From contig DATCEJ010000177.1 in assembly GCA_036510135.1 (NCBI GenBank), positions 1 through 46,247 of the forward strand: DNA of 46,247 nucleotides. The letters run 5' to 3'. Of this stretch, positions 28,470 to 38,223 are shown piece by piece. Under the pieces are notes generated by a model. That model saw only the letters and a program-made list of their open reading frames with translations. It was not told where the DNA came from and searched no databases. Source of the stretch: Roseiarcus sp. Lineage in GTDB: Bacteria; Pseudomonadota; Alphaproteobacteria; Rhizobiales; Beijerinckiaceae. Every line of letters begins with the position of its first letter. Position 1 is the stretch's first letter. Position numbers and translations under genes: made by a program.

Positions 28470-29980
28470 CGCGCGCGAGGCTCCAGGCCGTCGGCGTTTC
28501 GAAAACCTTCGGCGCTACTCACGCGCTCCAGGACGTCAGCGTGGACATCGGCGCCAACGAGGTCGTCGGGCTCATCGGGGAGAACGGCGCCGGGAAGTCG
28601 ACGCTCATGCGTATTCTCGCCGGGGTTCAGCAGCCCACGTCGGGCGAGCTTCGAAGCGACGGTCAACGCCTCCAGCTCGGCAGTCCCCTCGATGCGGCGC
28701 GCTCCGGCATCGGCATAGTGTTCCAAGAACAATCGCTGCTGCTAAACATCTCCGTCGCGGAAAACATCGTGCTCGGGCACGAGCGCGCTTTTATGCGCAA
28801 CGGCTTCATCGACTGGCGGCGCCTCCACGCGGAAGCGCGCGCGCAACTCGCGAAGGTGGGTCTGACCATCGACCCGTCGACGCGCACGGCGGACCTGAGT
28901 TTTTCCGCGCGGCAGATGGTCGAGCTTGCAAAGGCGCTGGCGCTCGAAGATCGTGTCGCGCAGGATCTTGTGATCCTGCTCGACGAGCCAACCTCCGTTC
29001 TCGAAAGCGCCGATATAGAGGTCCTGTTCGAGCGGATTCGAGCCCTTAAGCGACGCGCGAGCTTCGTATTCGTCTCGCACCGCCTCGACGAGGTGTTGGC
29101 GATCAGCGACCGCGTGTACGTCATGCGGGACGGCCGCGTCGTCGCGAGCATGGGCGCGGCCGACACGACAGTTCCCGAACTGCATCGCCTGATGGTCGGG
29201 CGGGAACTCCACGCCGAGTATTATCACGAGTCCTCCCAGCAGCCCCCGTCCTCCGAAGTTGTCCTCGAAGCGGATGGCTTGAGCGCGGCTGGCCATTATG
29301 CAGACGTCAGCTTCAGCTTGCGCCGGGGAGAGGTCCTCGGCATCGCCGGAGTGATCGGGTCGGGGCGCGAGGAACTCCTGCGAACCCTCTTCGGCTTCCT
29401 CCCTCAAACCTCTGGCGCCCTAAGGATCAACGGCGAGCGCGTCCGCTTGCAGAGCCCCGCGGCTGCCGTCGAGCGCGGGATCGGTTACTTGCCGCGGGAA
29501 CGACGGCTGGAGGGACTCGTCATGTACATGTCCGTCGCGGCCAACTTGACGCTGGCGAACCTCGGTTCCATCCTTTGGCACGGCCTCATCAGCCGGAAAC
29601 GAGAAACGGTCCTCGCGGATCACTGGATCCGCGCGCTCTCCGTCCGCGCGGCGGGAACAGACGCGCTCTGCCTGTCGCTGTCCGGCGGCAATCAGCAGAA
29701 GGTCGTCCTGGCTAAATGGCTCGTCGCCGGATCACGCATTCTCATCCTCGACCATCCGACCCGCGGTCTCGACGTCGGCGCTAAGGCCGATGTGTATCGG
29801 CTCGTGCGTGATCTCGGGCGGGACGGCGTCGCGGTGATCCTGGCCGCGGATACGCTCGAAGAACTGATCGGAATGAGCCACACGATCATTGTGATGCGGG
29901 ACGGCGGCGTCACCGCCCGAGTCGACGCGCCCGCCGGGGCGAAGCCCGCCCAGATCGAGCTGATCGGACACATGGTGTGA
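28466..29980 (+). CDS. RbsA-type double-domain sugar ABC ATPase
   Basis: GENGAGKST, LDEPT, SHRL, LSGGNQQKV, PTRG.DVGAK. Confidence 0.95.
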   Translation: MTRARLQAVGVSKTFGATHALQDVSVDIGANEVVGLIGENGAGKSTLMRILAGVQQPTSGELRSDGQRLQLGSPLDAARSGIGIVFQEQSLLLNISVAENIVLGHERAFMRNGFIDWRRLHAEARAQLAKVGLTIDPSTRTADLSFSARQMVELAKALALEDRVAQDLVILLDEPTSVLESADIEVLFERIRALKRRASFVFVSHRLDEVLAISDRVYVMRDGRVVASMGAADTTVPELHRLMVGRELHAEYYHESSQQPPSSEVVLEADGLSAAGHYADVSFSLRRGEVLGIAGVIGSGREELLRTLFGFLPQTSGALRINGERVRLQSPAAAVERGIGYLPRERRLEGLVMYMSVAANLTLANLGSILWHGLISRKRETVLADHWIRALSVRAAGTDALCLSLSGGNQQKVVLAKWLVAGSRILILDHPTRGLDVGAKADVYRLVRDLGRDGVAVILAADTLEELIGMSHTIIVMRDGGVTARVDAPAGAKPAQIELIGHMV

Positions 29981-30936
29981 CGAGGCTCAGTTCCATAATG
30001 TCGGTGAGCACGGCGCGTGCGGCTGCACCCGGCCTTTTCCTGGCCGTCCTCGTCGTCGGGATTTGCCTCCGGGTACCCGAGTTCGCGTCAGCGCGGAGCT
30101 TCCTCGCCGTGCTGTCGGACGCGGCCCCACTCGCGATCCTTGCCGCGGGCCTGACCTTCGTCATCCTGATCGGTGCAATTGATCTCAGCGTGCAATCGGT
30201 CGCCTCGCTCGCCAGCGTGATCGCCGCGCTTCTCGTTCCCCGCTTCGGCCCCGCGGGCTTCCTGGCCGCCATCGGCGCCGGGGTCGCGGCGGGATTATTC
30301 AGCGGCCTGACCTATGTGACGCTGCGCGTGCCCTCCTTCATCGCAACCCTCGCGTCGAGCGGGGTGGTGACGGGTGTCGCCCTCTACATATCCAATGCCG
30401 CGACGGTCACGATCGACGAACGAGCTCGTGTCTATTTCGACTGGATCAACGGCTCGGCCTTAGGCGTTCCCGGATACATTATCGTCACAGCGGTGATCCT
30501 GGCCGCCTGCGCGATCGTGCAGAATTATACTCGTTTCGGGCGCTACAGCCTGGCGATCGGCAGCGGCGAGGCGGCCGCCCGGGCGGCTGGGATCAAGGTC
30601 GGTCGGCAGAAGGTTTACGCGCTCGTCGTGTCAGGCCTGCTGGCGGCCCTGGTTGGCGTTATTCTCGCCGGTCGGCAGCTCAGCGGGTCGCCGACGCTCG
30701 CCAACGAACTTCTTTTGCCCAGCATCGCCGCGGTGCTCGTCGGGGGGACCGCAATCACCGGCGGGGTCGGGGGCGTCGGCCGCACGCTGATCGGCGCCCT
30801 GATCGTCTCCGTGCTTCGCATCGGCATGACATTCCTCGGCATCAACATCTTCGCCCAGCAGATCGTTTTCGGCGCCTTCCTGATCCTGGCGGTCGGCTTG
30901 ACGATCGATCCCGGAAAGCTGCCGTTCGTGAAATGA
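29977..30936 (+). CDS. CUT2 sugar ABC permease
   Basis: GAIDLSV, VPSFIATL, AAVLVGGTAITGG.G. Confidence 0.92.
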   Translation: MTRLSSIMSVSTARAAAPGLFLAVLVVGICLRVPEFASARSFLAVLSDAAPLAILAAGLTFVILIGAIDLSVQSVASLASVIAALLVPRFGPAGFLAAIGAGVAAGLFSGLTYVTLRVPSFIATLASSGVVTGVALYISNAATVTIDERARVYFDWINGSALGVPGYIIVTAVILAACAIVQNYTRFGRYSLAIGSGEAAARAAGIKVGRQKVYALVVSGLLAALVGVILAGRQLSGSPTLANELLLPSIAAVLVGGTAITGGVGGVGRTLIGALIVSVLRIGMTFLGINIFAQQIVFGAFLILAVGLTIDPGKLPFVK

Positions 30937-30946
30937 ATTTGCAAAA

Positions 30947-31309
30947 ATGGCACATCGTGAAAGAGGACCTAGGCTATGCGTCATGCTCGACACCGGCCAC
31001 GTCAATGTGACTGCTCGCGCCATCGGCCTTGACCCAACGGCTTATTGGGCTGAGCACATCGAGAAACTCGGGGCGCGTCTTCAGCATCTTCACCTGGACG
31101 GCAATCTCGGCGACCTCGATTCACACGTGGCGCCGGGCGACGGCAATTTCGACTTCAAGTCCGCCTTCGCCAGTCTGAAGCGATCGGGATACGCCGGATG
31201 GCTCTCCGCCGAGATCGGCATCTTTGGCGCCAACCCGATCCCGCCTGCCCCAAAGGACATTCTTCGGCGGACGCACGACACCGTGTCCCGGCTGTGGGCC
31301 GAGGCATGA
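30947..31309 (+). pseudogene. Sugar-phosphate isomerase/epimerase (xylose-isomerase-like TIM barrel), C-terminal part only
   Basis: LDTGH, HLH..N, H..PGDG, GY.G.LS.E. The N-terminal half is absent. Confidence 0.75.
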
Positions 31310-32814
31310 CAATGACGCCACGCGGGATCACGCCCATGATTTCCCTTTCAGACTCCATGTTGCATCGGCTGCCCCCCTCCATTGCCGTCCCCCGCTATGA
31401 TCGCCGCGCCTTGAAAGTTGGGGTCGTCCACATTGGAGTCGGCAACTTTCATCGAACCCACCAGGCGCTCTACATCGACGAGGCCCTTCACCAGCCCGGG
31501 AATGAGGGTTTCGGAATCTGCGGCGTCGGGTTAACCGACGGGGATGCCTCGCGGGCCAAGGCGGCCGCCTACAAGGCCCAGGACAGCCTCTATACCGTCA
31601 CCGAATTCGCGCCAGACGGGACTGCCCGGACTCGGGTGATCGGCGTGATGATCGACTACCTGCACGGGCCAGCGGACCCGGGCGCCGTATTGGCCCGCTT
31701 GGCGCACCCAGACACGCGGATCGTGACGCTGACCATCACCGAAGGCGGCTACAACATCGACGAAACGACAGGGCTCTTCAAGTTAGAAGCGCCCGACGTG
31801 GCGCACGACCTGGCGGGCGGTGCACCCCGCACCGTGTTCGGTTACGTGGTCGAGTCCCTGGCGCGTCGGCGCGCAGCGGGACTGCGGGCCTTCGCGGTCG
31901 CCTCGTGCGACAACCTGCGCGGCAACGGCGACACTGCCCGCAAGGCTTTCGTGTCATTCGCGCGAGCCCGTGATCCCGATCTCGCCGACTGGATCGACCG
32001 CGAAGCTGATTTTCCGAACAGCATGGTTGATCGCATCGCCCCGCAGGTGAGCAGTGCCGACCGGGCCAGGCTCAACGCGTCGAGCAGGGTCGACGACCTC
32101 CTGCCTGCCATGGCCGAATCCTTTAACCAGTGGGTCGTCGAGGATCGGTTTCGCTACGGCCGCCCGTCCTTGGAGGCGGTCGGGGTCACGTTTCGCGATG
32201 ATGTTGCGGCCTTCGTTGCAGTCAAAGGACGGATGATCAACGCGTCCCACATGCACCTGGCCTACCCGTCCATCCTGCGAGGCGAGCGGATCGTCCACGA
32301 GGCCATGCGCGACCCGCGTATTGTGCGGCTGATTTCGACCTTCCTGCGTCGCGACGTCATGCCCTATGTCGAGCCGCCGCCGGGCGTATCCCTCGCGAAC
32401 TACGAGACGATGATCGTCGATCGCTTCTCCAATCCGGCCATCGGCGACCAGCTCCTGCGCGTCGGCGGCGACGGCGCGTCCAAGCTGCCGATCTTCCATT
32501 CCAAGACGATCGCAACGCTTGTCGCGGCACGCGCCGACCTCCGTCGCGAGGCCTTCCTGCTCGCTTGTTTTGCGCGCTACCTGCTCGGCCGGGACGACAA
32601 CGGTTCCGAATTTCCGGTGTTCGAGCCTGTCCTGACGGCGCCCGATTGGGAGCAAATCCGCAACGAGCCATCGGGCGTCCTGCGCACCGCGCCATTCTTG
32701 TCTTTGGGATTGGCCGACCATGCATCGTTCCGGCGGGCATTCGATCGCGTCGCCGAGACGCTCGCGCAACACGGCGCATCAAAGGCTTTGGACGAGGTAC
32801 TCGCTGAAACTTGA
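31306..32814 (+). CDS. Mannitol dehydrogenase family (polyol/long-chain) dehydrogenase
   Basis: HIGVGNFHRTHQA, TITEGGY, SCDN, FPNSMVDRI, catalytic K..MINASH. Confidence 0.92.
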   Translation: MTMTPRGITPMISLSDSMLHRLPPSIAVPRYDRRALKVGVVHIGVGNFHRTHQALYIDEALHQPGNEGFGICGVGLTDGDASRAKAAAYKAQDSLYTVTEFAPDGTARTRVIGVMIDYLHGPADPGAVLARLAHPDTRIVTLTITEGGYNIDETTGLFKLEAPDVAHDLAGGAPRTVFGYVVESLARRRAAGLRAFAVASCDNLRGNGDTARKAFVSFARARDPDLADWIDREADFPNSMVDRIAPQVSSADRARLNASSRVDDLLPAMAESFNQWVVEDRFRYGRPSLEAVGVTFRDDVAAFVAVKGRMINASHMHLAYPSILRGERIVHEAMRDPRIVRLISTFLRRDVMPYVEPPPGVSLANYETMIVDRFSNPAIGDQLLRVGGDGASKLPIFHSKTIATLVAARADLRREAFLLACFARYLLGRDDNGSEFPVFEPVLTAPDWEQIRNEPSGVLRTAPFLSLGLADHASFRRAFDRVAETLAQHGASKALDEVLAET

Positions 32815-32869
32815 GGAAGACCCTCATTGGTGATCGTCTGCAGCGGAGGCGAAGCCCGATGATGGCAAT

Positions 32870-33110
32870 CGGTATCATTTTCAAGCTGGGATATCGCTAC
32901 AAAAAGGCCGGTGTCACGTTTATCGATCTGGCGCCTACTGGCGGTGTGCAGAGTGGTCTCTTCGATCGACCGGACGACGCGCGTTCGCTTCAGCGCATGC
33001 CCGCGATCGATCAGCTCAATGCGCGTTCGGGCGCGGCGCCATCGGTTTTGGCACAGCAGGCGAGCGCTGTGTCTCGAGTCTTCGGCGGGAATTCATTTCG
33101 CCGGGCTCCA
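32870..33110 (+). pseudogene. umuC: UmuC-type Y-family polymerase C-terminal remnant
   Basis: GYRYKKAGV...L..Q.GLFD...AID.LNAR, then LRREFISP (DUF4113-type tail) after a frameshift. Confidence 0.8.
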
Positions 33111-33383
33111 CCGGCAGCGCCGCTCCTCTCAACTGGGCTGAGGGCCAATATCTGTGTCTCGCCCAGTCGATCGACGCCGGTTACAACCTCGACACGCCGT
33201 CCGTCGTAAAGGCGAAGTATCGCGGCGCAGGTCCAATCCTCGGCGCCGCCGGCAAATGCACGGACGACGCCGGAGCGAGCACGGACGACGGAGCTGCGAT
33301 CCAGGTTTTCGCCTGTAACAAGACCGCCGCGCGGAGCTGGGCTTAAGAACAGCAACGATGGCACGCTCCGCGTGCTCAACAGA
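33110..33383 (+). pseudogene. Fragment: GH15 glucoamylase/glucodextranase C-terminus + ricin-B lectin repeat
   Basis: Manual translation TGSAAPLNWAEGQYLCLAQSIDAGYNLDTPSVVKAKY-RGAGPILGAAGKCTDDAGASTDDGAAIQVFACNKTAARSWA*..NDGTLRVL. Not in the ORF track because it has no start codon. Confidence 0.7.
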
Positions 33384-33620
33384 TCTCAGACTGTGACGAT
33401 ACTGCGGGTCAGGTTTGGGGGCTGCCCTGAGGGTGAGCAAGTCTCGACAGAAAACAACAGGCTCTTTCCAACACTCGCTGCGACCGCTGTTCGGCCGGAA
33501 ACCGGTGTCCACAAAGCGCTGGCCGGTCGAAGGCAAACAAGCTCTCGGCATGAACCTCTTCGAGGGAAGAAGGTTAGGTCGACCCCGCCAAGCCCCTTCA
33601 CCTGCGTGACAGCCCCACGG

Positions 33621-34535
33621 TCAGTCGCGCGATATTGCGTGGCCCGTCCCGACACCGGGCTGCCCGCGCAACGCCGGGGCAGCTAGACGCCGAATCTGCT
33701 CCATCGAGAGAGACGCGGCGGACTCCGGGTCGCCGCCAAGTACAGTGTCATAGTAGCGGAATGACTCGAACTCGACGCTCATGTACCCGTCGTACCCCGT
33801 CTCTTGGAGAGCGGCGAAAAATGCGGTCCAATCGATGCGCCCCTCGCCCAGCATCGGGAACATGAAACGCTCGCCTTCGACAGTCCCGACGGCATCCTTG
33901 AGGTGGGCATGCTTGATGCGTTTCTTCGACGCCCATTGGCGAATGACCCAGTCGACGTCTTCGATTCCAACGAGCGCGTCATGGGAAGGATCATAGTTCA
34001 CGCCAAGTCGAGGACTGTCAAAGGTTTCGACGAGGTAGTTCGTCGTAAAGAAGTTGTGGCAGATCATGCCCCATACGCCCTCGACCGCGAGATCAACGCC
34101 AAGAGCCTCGGCGCGCTCAACGAACATCTCGTAACCCTTGAGGACGCGACTCCAGGCCGCGGCGTAAGTCATATCCTTGCCAATGACCGGCGCCGCAGGA
34201 TCCCAGCGCGCCGGGCCTGTGAACAGATTGAGGGGCGGCCGAGTCTCGACCTCGCTCACGATTTCGATAGCTTTAATCACAACGGCGACACGGCGGTCGA
34301 ACAGAGCGTCATCAGCGGTCACGAGATCCTGCTGGATGACCAATTCTCCGGTGCGCATCCCGAACCGTTCGGGGAGCCGCACGAGCTCGACAAGTCCGCT
34401 TCGCGGCTTTGCCATGACGTCGAAATGCGAAAGGGTCCAACCGACAGCGCCATATCCGACACGTGCAAGACTCTCGCAGACGACCTCGGGCGCCATCGAC
34501 CGGTAGCCGAGACTGGCCATGAATTCGAACTTCAC
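33621..34535 (-). CDS. Sugar-phosphate isomerase/epimerase (AP_endonuc_2 TIM barrel)
   Basis: AVE, NYDPSH, HAHLKD, GEG.IDW, GYDG..SVEFE. GGAGG RBS + GTG. Confidence 0.88.
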   Translation of the reverse strand: MKFEFMASLGYRSMAPEVVCESLARVGYGAVGWTLSHFDVMAKPRSGLVELVRLPERFGMRTGELVIQQDLVTADDALFDRRVAVVIKAIEIVSEVETRPPLNLFTGPARWDPAAPVIGKDMTYAAAWSRVLKGYEMFVERAEALGVDLAVEGVWGMICHNFFTTNYLVETFDSPRLGVNYDPSHDALVGIEDVDWVIRQWASKKRIKHAHLKDAVGTVEGERFMFPMLGEGRIDWTAFFAALQETGYDGYMSVEFESFRYYDTVLGGDPESAASLSMEQIRRLAAPALRGQPGVGTGHAISRD

Positions 34536-34939
34536 GGGCTACGCCTCCGAGAAATAGACGGTCGGTGGACGTAGACCGCGGCTTACATCTGTTTTATCCC
34601 CCGACAGTGCGATTCTTAGCACGGGCCACATGCGTAGTATTCCCGCTTGCGAATGCGAAGCTCGAGGCTGTTCTGGACGAAGGAAGTCGGTGCCGCAGCG
34701 AGAGGAATCACCACGTCTTGACTTCCCGACCGCCGCGTTGGCCGGATCCGGGTTGGACAGGCCGTATGCGATCCAATCGATCTTGGTCGAACGGTTTTGC
34801 GGATCAGCAACTAGGGTGTTCGCGGCCTGAACGGAGCGCCTACAACCAACCTGCTTGACGACTTCTCGGTCGACTTCTTCAGCTGCACTGGCAATCAGAA
34901 CTTTCACCGCGCTCTCCCTCGTCAGGAACGGGAATGAGA

Positions 34940-35764
34940 CTACGCTAAGACCCGCTCGGGCGACGATTCGTGGAAGCCCATGCGGCGCGACAGCACCGCT
35001 GCTTCGTCGCGGATCGCAATTTCCCACTCTCTCACGCGATCGTCGGTCATCCGAGGACTCGGACCGGAAATCCCGATCGCTCCGCATGCTGTTCCGTCGA
35101 CCTTGAACACCGGCGCGGCTATGCAACGCACACCGATGCTGTACTCCTCGTCATCATGGGCGACGCGATCACGCCGTACCTGGATGAGGTGGCCGTCAAG
35201 CACCACGCGATTAAGAATGGTGCGGCGCGTATGGGGTTCGAACTGAAGCGAACTGATGATGCGCTCCCGGACCGGGTCCGTCTGAAACGCTAGGAGGGCC
35301 TTCCCAAGGGCAGTACAATAGAGCGGGGCCAAGGTGTACATAGGAGAATCGACCATGACCCCGCGTTGCGGAGGCACCTGATCGATGTAGAGGGCGCGAT
35401 TGTCGGCGAGGACGGCAATGTGAGAGCATTCCCCCGTCAAGTCCGCGAGCTTTTCGATCGAAGGCCGAGCGGCCGTATGGAGATCGAGCCGCCTGAGCGC
35501 CTTATGGCCCAAGACTCCAAGGGCCAGACCAAGGGTGTACCGCTGGGTCGCGGGATCTTGCGCGACGAACCCGGCTTGTTCCAGGGTTCGCAGCATCCGT
35601 GAGACGGAACTCTTGTCCATCTCGAGCCGCCTGGCGAGGTCCGAAACGCCCGCCGGCCCGGCTTCCATACCTAGCGCCTCGATGAGCCGGATGGCCTTGC
35701 TTACTGATCTGACTTCCACGCTGTTGCCCAGGAAAGGTGCATGCCCGGCCTCGAATGCCGGCAT
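34940..35764 (-). CDS. IclR-family regulator
   Basis: SVSKAIRLIE HTH, L..TGE, TALGKALLA, E...GV.C.AAPV, ISGP..R. Start set at ATG 35764 because a promoter overlaps the longer ORF start. Confidence 0.92.
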   Translation of the reverse strand: MPAFEAGHAPFLGNSVEVRSVSKAIRLIEALGMEAGPAGVSDLARRLEMDKSSVSRMLRTLEQAGFVAQDPATQRYTLGLALGVLGHKALRRLDLHTAARPSIEKLADLTGECSHIAVLADNRALYIDQVPPQRGVMVDSPMYTLAPLYCTALGKALLAFQTDPVRERIISSLQFEPHTRRTILNRVVLDGHLIQVRRDRVAHDDEEYSIGVRCIAAPVFKVDGTACGAIGISGPSPRMTDDRVREWEIAIRDEAAVLSRRMGFHESSPERVLA

Positions 35765-35778
35765 TATGCGGTTCCGAT

Positions 35779-35807
35779 GATTTAGGGCCAACACTGTGGA
35801 GCGTCAA
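35779..35807 (-). promoter_or_regulatory. Sigma70 promoter of iclR
   Basis: Minus strand TTGACG-N17-TAAATC. Confidence 0.5.
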
Positions 35808-35994
35808 TAAAAAGAGGCGATGAGTTAGGAATTTTATTCCCGAATAGGAGTTCGGACCGCGGAAACCACCTGAAAGCCTTGAGGTGCGGATCGAACGTTA
35901 CTTTAGACAATGCAATTCCGAGCCTTCGAAAGCCCCTCCTTCGCGCGGCCGCGACTCCCGTCCTCCTTCCCTTGATGAAAATACATCTACACGG

Positions 35995-36024
35995 TTGACA
36001 CATGCGACCCAACGGCCGTATGTT
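35995..36024 (+). promoter_or_regulatory. Sigma70 promoter of the ABC/iolD operon
   Basis: TTGACA-N18-TATGTT. Confidence 0.55.
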
Positions 36025-36130
36025 TGGCCTGTAACACGCACCAGGCCGCGAATGACCGAGAATGCGTGAAACGGCTGCGTTTTGTGCCTTGCCGAGGCTT
36101 CAAATGCGCGCCGACAGGGAGGAGCCAAAG

Positions 36131-37186
36131 GTGATCGCGATTTCAGCCCATTCCACGCGCCGCGCTTTACTTGGTATCGTCGCCGCTGGGGCGTTCTTTG
36201 GCGCAACAGCGTTGTCTTATGCGCAAACCAAAACGATCGGCGTCTCGATTCCTACGCTCGACAATCCGTTCTGGGTTAACGCAACCAAGTTCGCCCAGCA
36301 CGCCGCCGACGATCTCGGCGTCAAGCTCATCGTGGTGGGGGCTGAGAATCGAGAAGAAAAGCAGCTAGCAGATGTGCAGTCGCTGATCGCCGCGGGAGCT
36401 AACGCGCTCGTGGTCACGCCGCAATCGACCGCGAGCGCGCCGGGAATCATCGCGCTGGCGCGCCGCGCAAAGCTTCCGATCGTCATCGTCGACCGGTACC
36501 CTGGATTTCCGGCAGACAACCCTGATGCGCCTTATGTGGCCTTTGTCGGGCCCAACGACGTCACTGCGGGCCGCGACGTTGCAAAATTTCTGATCGACCA
36601 TGGCGCAAAGAATATCGTCGGCCTGGGCGGGCAGCCTGGGTCCTCCGTTGCGGAAGGTCGTCAAAAGGGCCTCAACGAGGAGATTGCGGCGGCGCCTGGC
36701 GTGAAGCTTGTCCAATATGTTGGCGTGGGCGAGTCCGAGGACGCCGGTTATCAAGCTATGCAGAACCTGCTTGCCGCGCACGCCTCCGGAACAATTGACT
36801 CAGTTTGGTGCTTCAACGACGGGCTGTGCCTCGGCGCCTACCGCGCCATCAAGCAGGCGGGTCGGGACAAGGAGATCAAGATTGCGGGCATCGACCTCGT
36901 CTCGCAGGCTCTCGACCTCATCGAGCACAACACGAACTATACCTTCTCGACCGGGGGCCATTGGCTTCAGGTCGGATTTGGCGTGATGATCGCTTACGAC
37001 GCGCTCAACGGGCACAAGCCGCTTAAGACGGACATCCGCCTCGATATGCTGGGCGTCAACAGTGAGAATTTCGCCAAGTTCAAGAAGCAGTTCATCGACA
37101 ACCCTCCTCCGTACAATGTGAAAGACTATACGATTACCAACAACCCGAACACGACGAGCCAGACCTTCCCGCTTCAGACAAAGTGA
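36131..37186 (+). CDS. RbsB-type sugar/cyclitol binding protein
   Basis: GGAGG RBS + GTG 36131, signal peptide (TRRALL..), PTLDNPFW, IVDR, NDG, GID. Confidence 0.92.
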   Translation: MIAISAHSTRRALLGIVAAGAFFGATALSYAQTKTIGVSIPTLDNPFWVNATKFAQHAADDLGVKLIVVGAENREEKQLADVQSLIAAGANALVVTPQSTASAPGIIALARRAKLPIVIVDRYPGFPADNPDAPYVAFVGPNDVTAGRDVAKFLIDHGAKNIVGLGGQPGSSVAEGRQKGLNEEIAAAPGVKLVQYVGVGESEDAGYQAMQNLLAAHASGTIDSVWCFNDGLCLGAYRAIKQAGRDKEIKIAGIDLVSQALDLIEHNTNYTFSTGGHWLQVGFGVMIAYDALNGHKPLKTDIRLDMLGVNSENFAKFKKQFIDNPPPYNVKDYTITNNPNTTSQTFPLQTK

Positions 37187-37194
37187 GGTCGAAC

Positions 37195-37228
37195 GGGCGG
37201 TCGAACGTATTTCGACCGCCCTTCTTTT
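37195..37228 (+). terminator. Intra-operon hairpin/terminator after the SBP gene
   Basis: Perfect 11-bp stem GGGCGGTCGAA/TTCGACCGCCC followed by TTCTTTT. Confidence 0.75.
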
Positions 37229-37259
37229 GCTTTCGACTCGTTTGGTGGACGTTAATTTT

Positions 37260-38195
37260 ATGCCGTGGAGCGCCGTGGGTCAGTTTTTGTCGCGATATGT
37301 TGCTTATGTCGCGCTGGTGGCCGTCGTCGTTGTGTTCGGAATTCTCTCGCCCGACCGCTTCCTAACTACGAACAACCTGGGAATAGTTCTTCAGAATTGC
37401 GCGGTTTTGGCTATCGTTGCGGTCGGAATCACATTCGTCATCATCGGCGGAAGTATAGATCTCAGCGTTGGGTCCGTAATGGCCTTCTCTGGCGCGATCA
37501 CAGCCAGCACGGTCACCTCGATGGGAGAATGGGCGTTCATTGTCGGCCCTCTGGTCGGCGGGATTCTGGGTCTCATGAATGGGCTTGTCTTTGTTGTAGG
37601 CCGAATTCCGTCTTTCGTCGTGACGCTCGGCATGTTGTCGATCGCACGGGGCTCCACGGTCATATTCACCGGCGGTGCGCCTGTACCCATTCCGCTCACA
37701 AGCAGCTTCTACGTCTTCGGCACACCACCCGCGCCGTTTCTAATCGCGGCGAGCGTAGCCGCTGCGATGGGTTTTTTTTTACGCTTCACCACTTTCGGTC
37801 GGTACACCTTCGCGATTGGGGGGGACGAGGAAAAAGCACGCGTCCTGGGAATCCCCGTCGATCGCGTGAAGCTCGCGATGTTTGTCGTTTCCGGCGTTCT
37901 CGCGGGGGTAGGCGGTGCGATTCTTACCTCGCAACTTGGTTCAGGTAGCCCAACTGTAGGAACCGGCTTCGAACTGATGGCGATATCGGCTGTCGTCATC
38001 GGAGGCACTCCCCTGACCGGAGGCATGGGATCGATCATCGGAACGGCGGTCGGCAGCCTTGTTATCACCTCCCTTGCCAACGGACTCATCATCATGGGCG
38101 TTCCGACGAACGTGCAGACCGTACTAACCGGCGTCGTGCTGATCGGAGCGGTGATGATCTCCATCCGCCGCGGCAAACTCAAGATCATCAAGTGA
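37260..38195 (+). CDS. CUT2 ABC permease
   Basis: GSIDLSVGS, IPSFVVTLG, AVVIGGT.L.GG.G. Confidence 0.92.
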   Translation: MPWSAVGQFLSRYVAYVALVAVVVVFGILSPDRFLTTNNLGIVLQNCAVLAIVAVGITFVIIGGSIDLSVGSVMAFSGAITASTVTSMGEWAFIVGPLVGGILGLMNGLVFVVGRIPSFVVTLGMLSIARGSTVIFTGGAPVPIPLTSSFYVFGTPPAPFLIAASVAAAMGFFLRFTTFGRYTFAIGGDEEKARVLGIPVDRVKLAMFVVSGVLAGVGGAILTSQLGSGSPTVGTGFELMAISAVVIGGTPLTGGMGSIIGTAVGSLVITSLANGLIIMGVPTNVQTVLTGVVLIGAVMISIRRGKLKIIK

Positions 38196-38223
38196 CCTAA
38201 TACTCTCAACACCAAGAGTCGAA

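Noticed and set aside
34539-34939. ORF 34539-35126 / 400-bp gap between iclR and the TIM-barrel gene
   Set aside because: Overlaps iclR out of frame. No recognisable protein or RNA motif.
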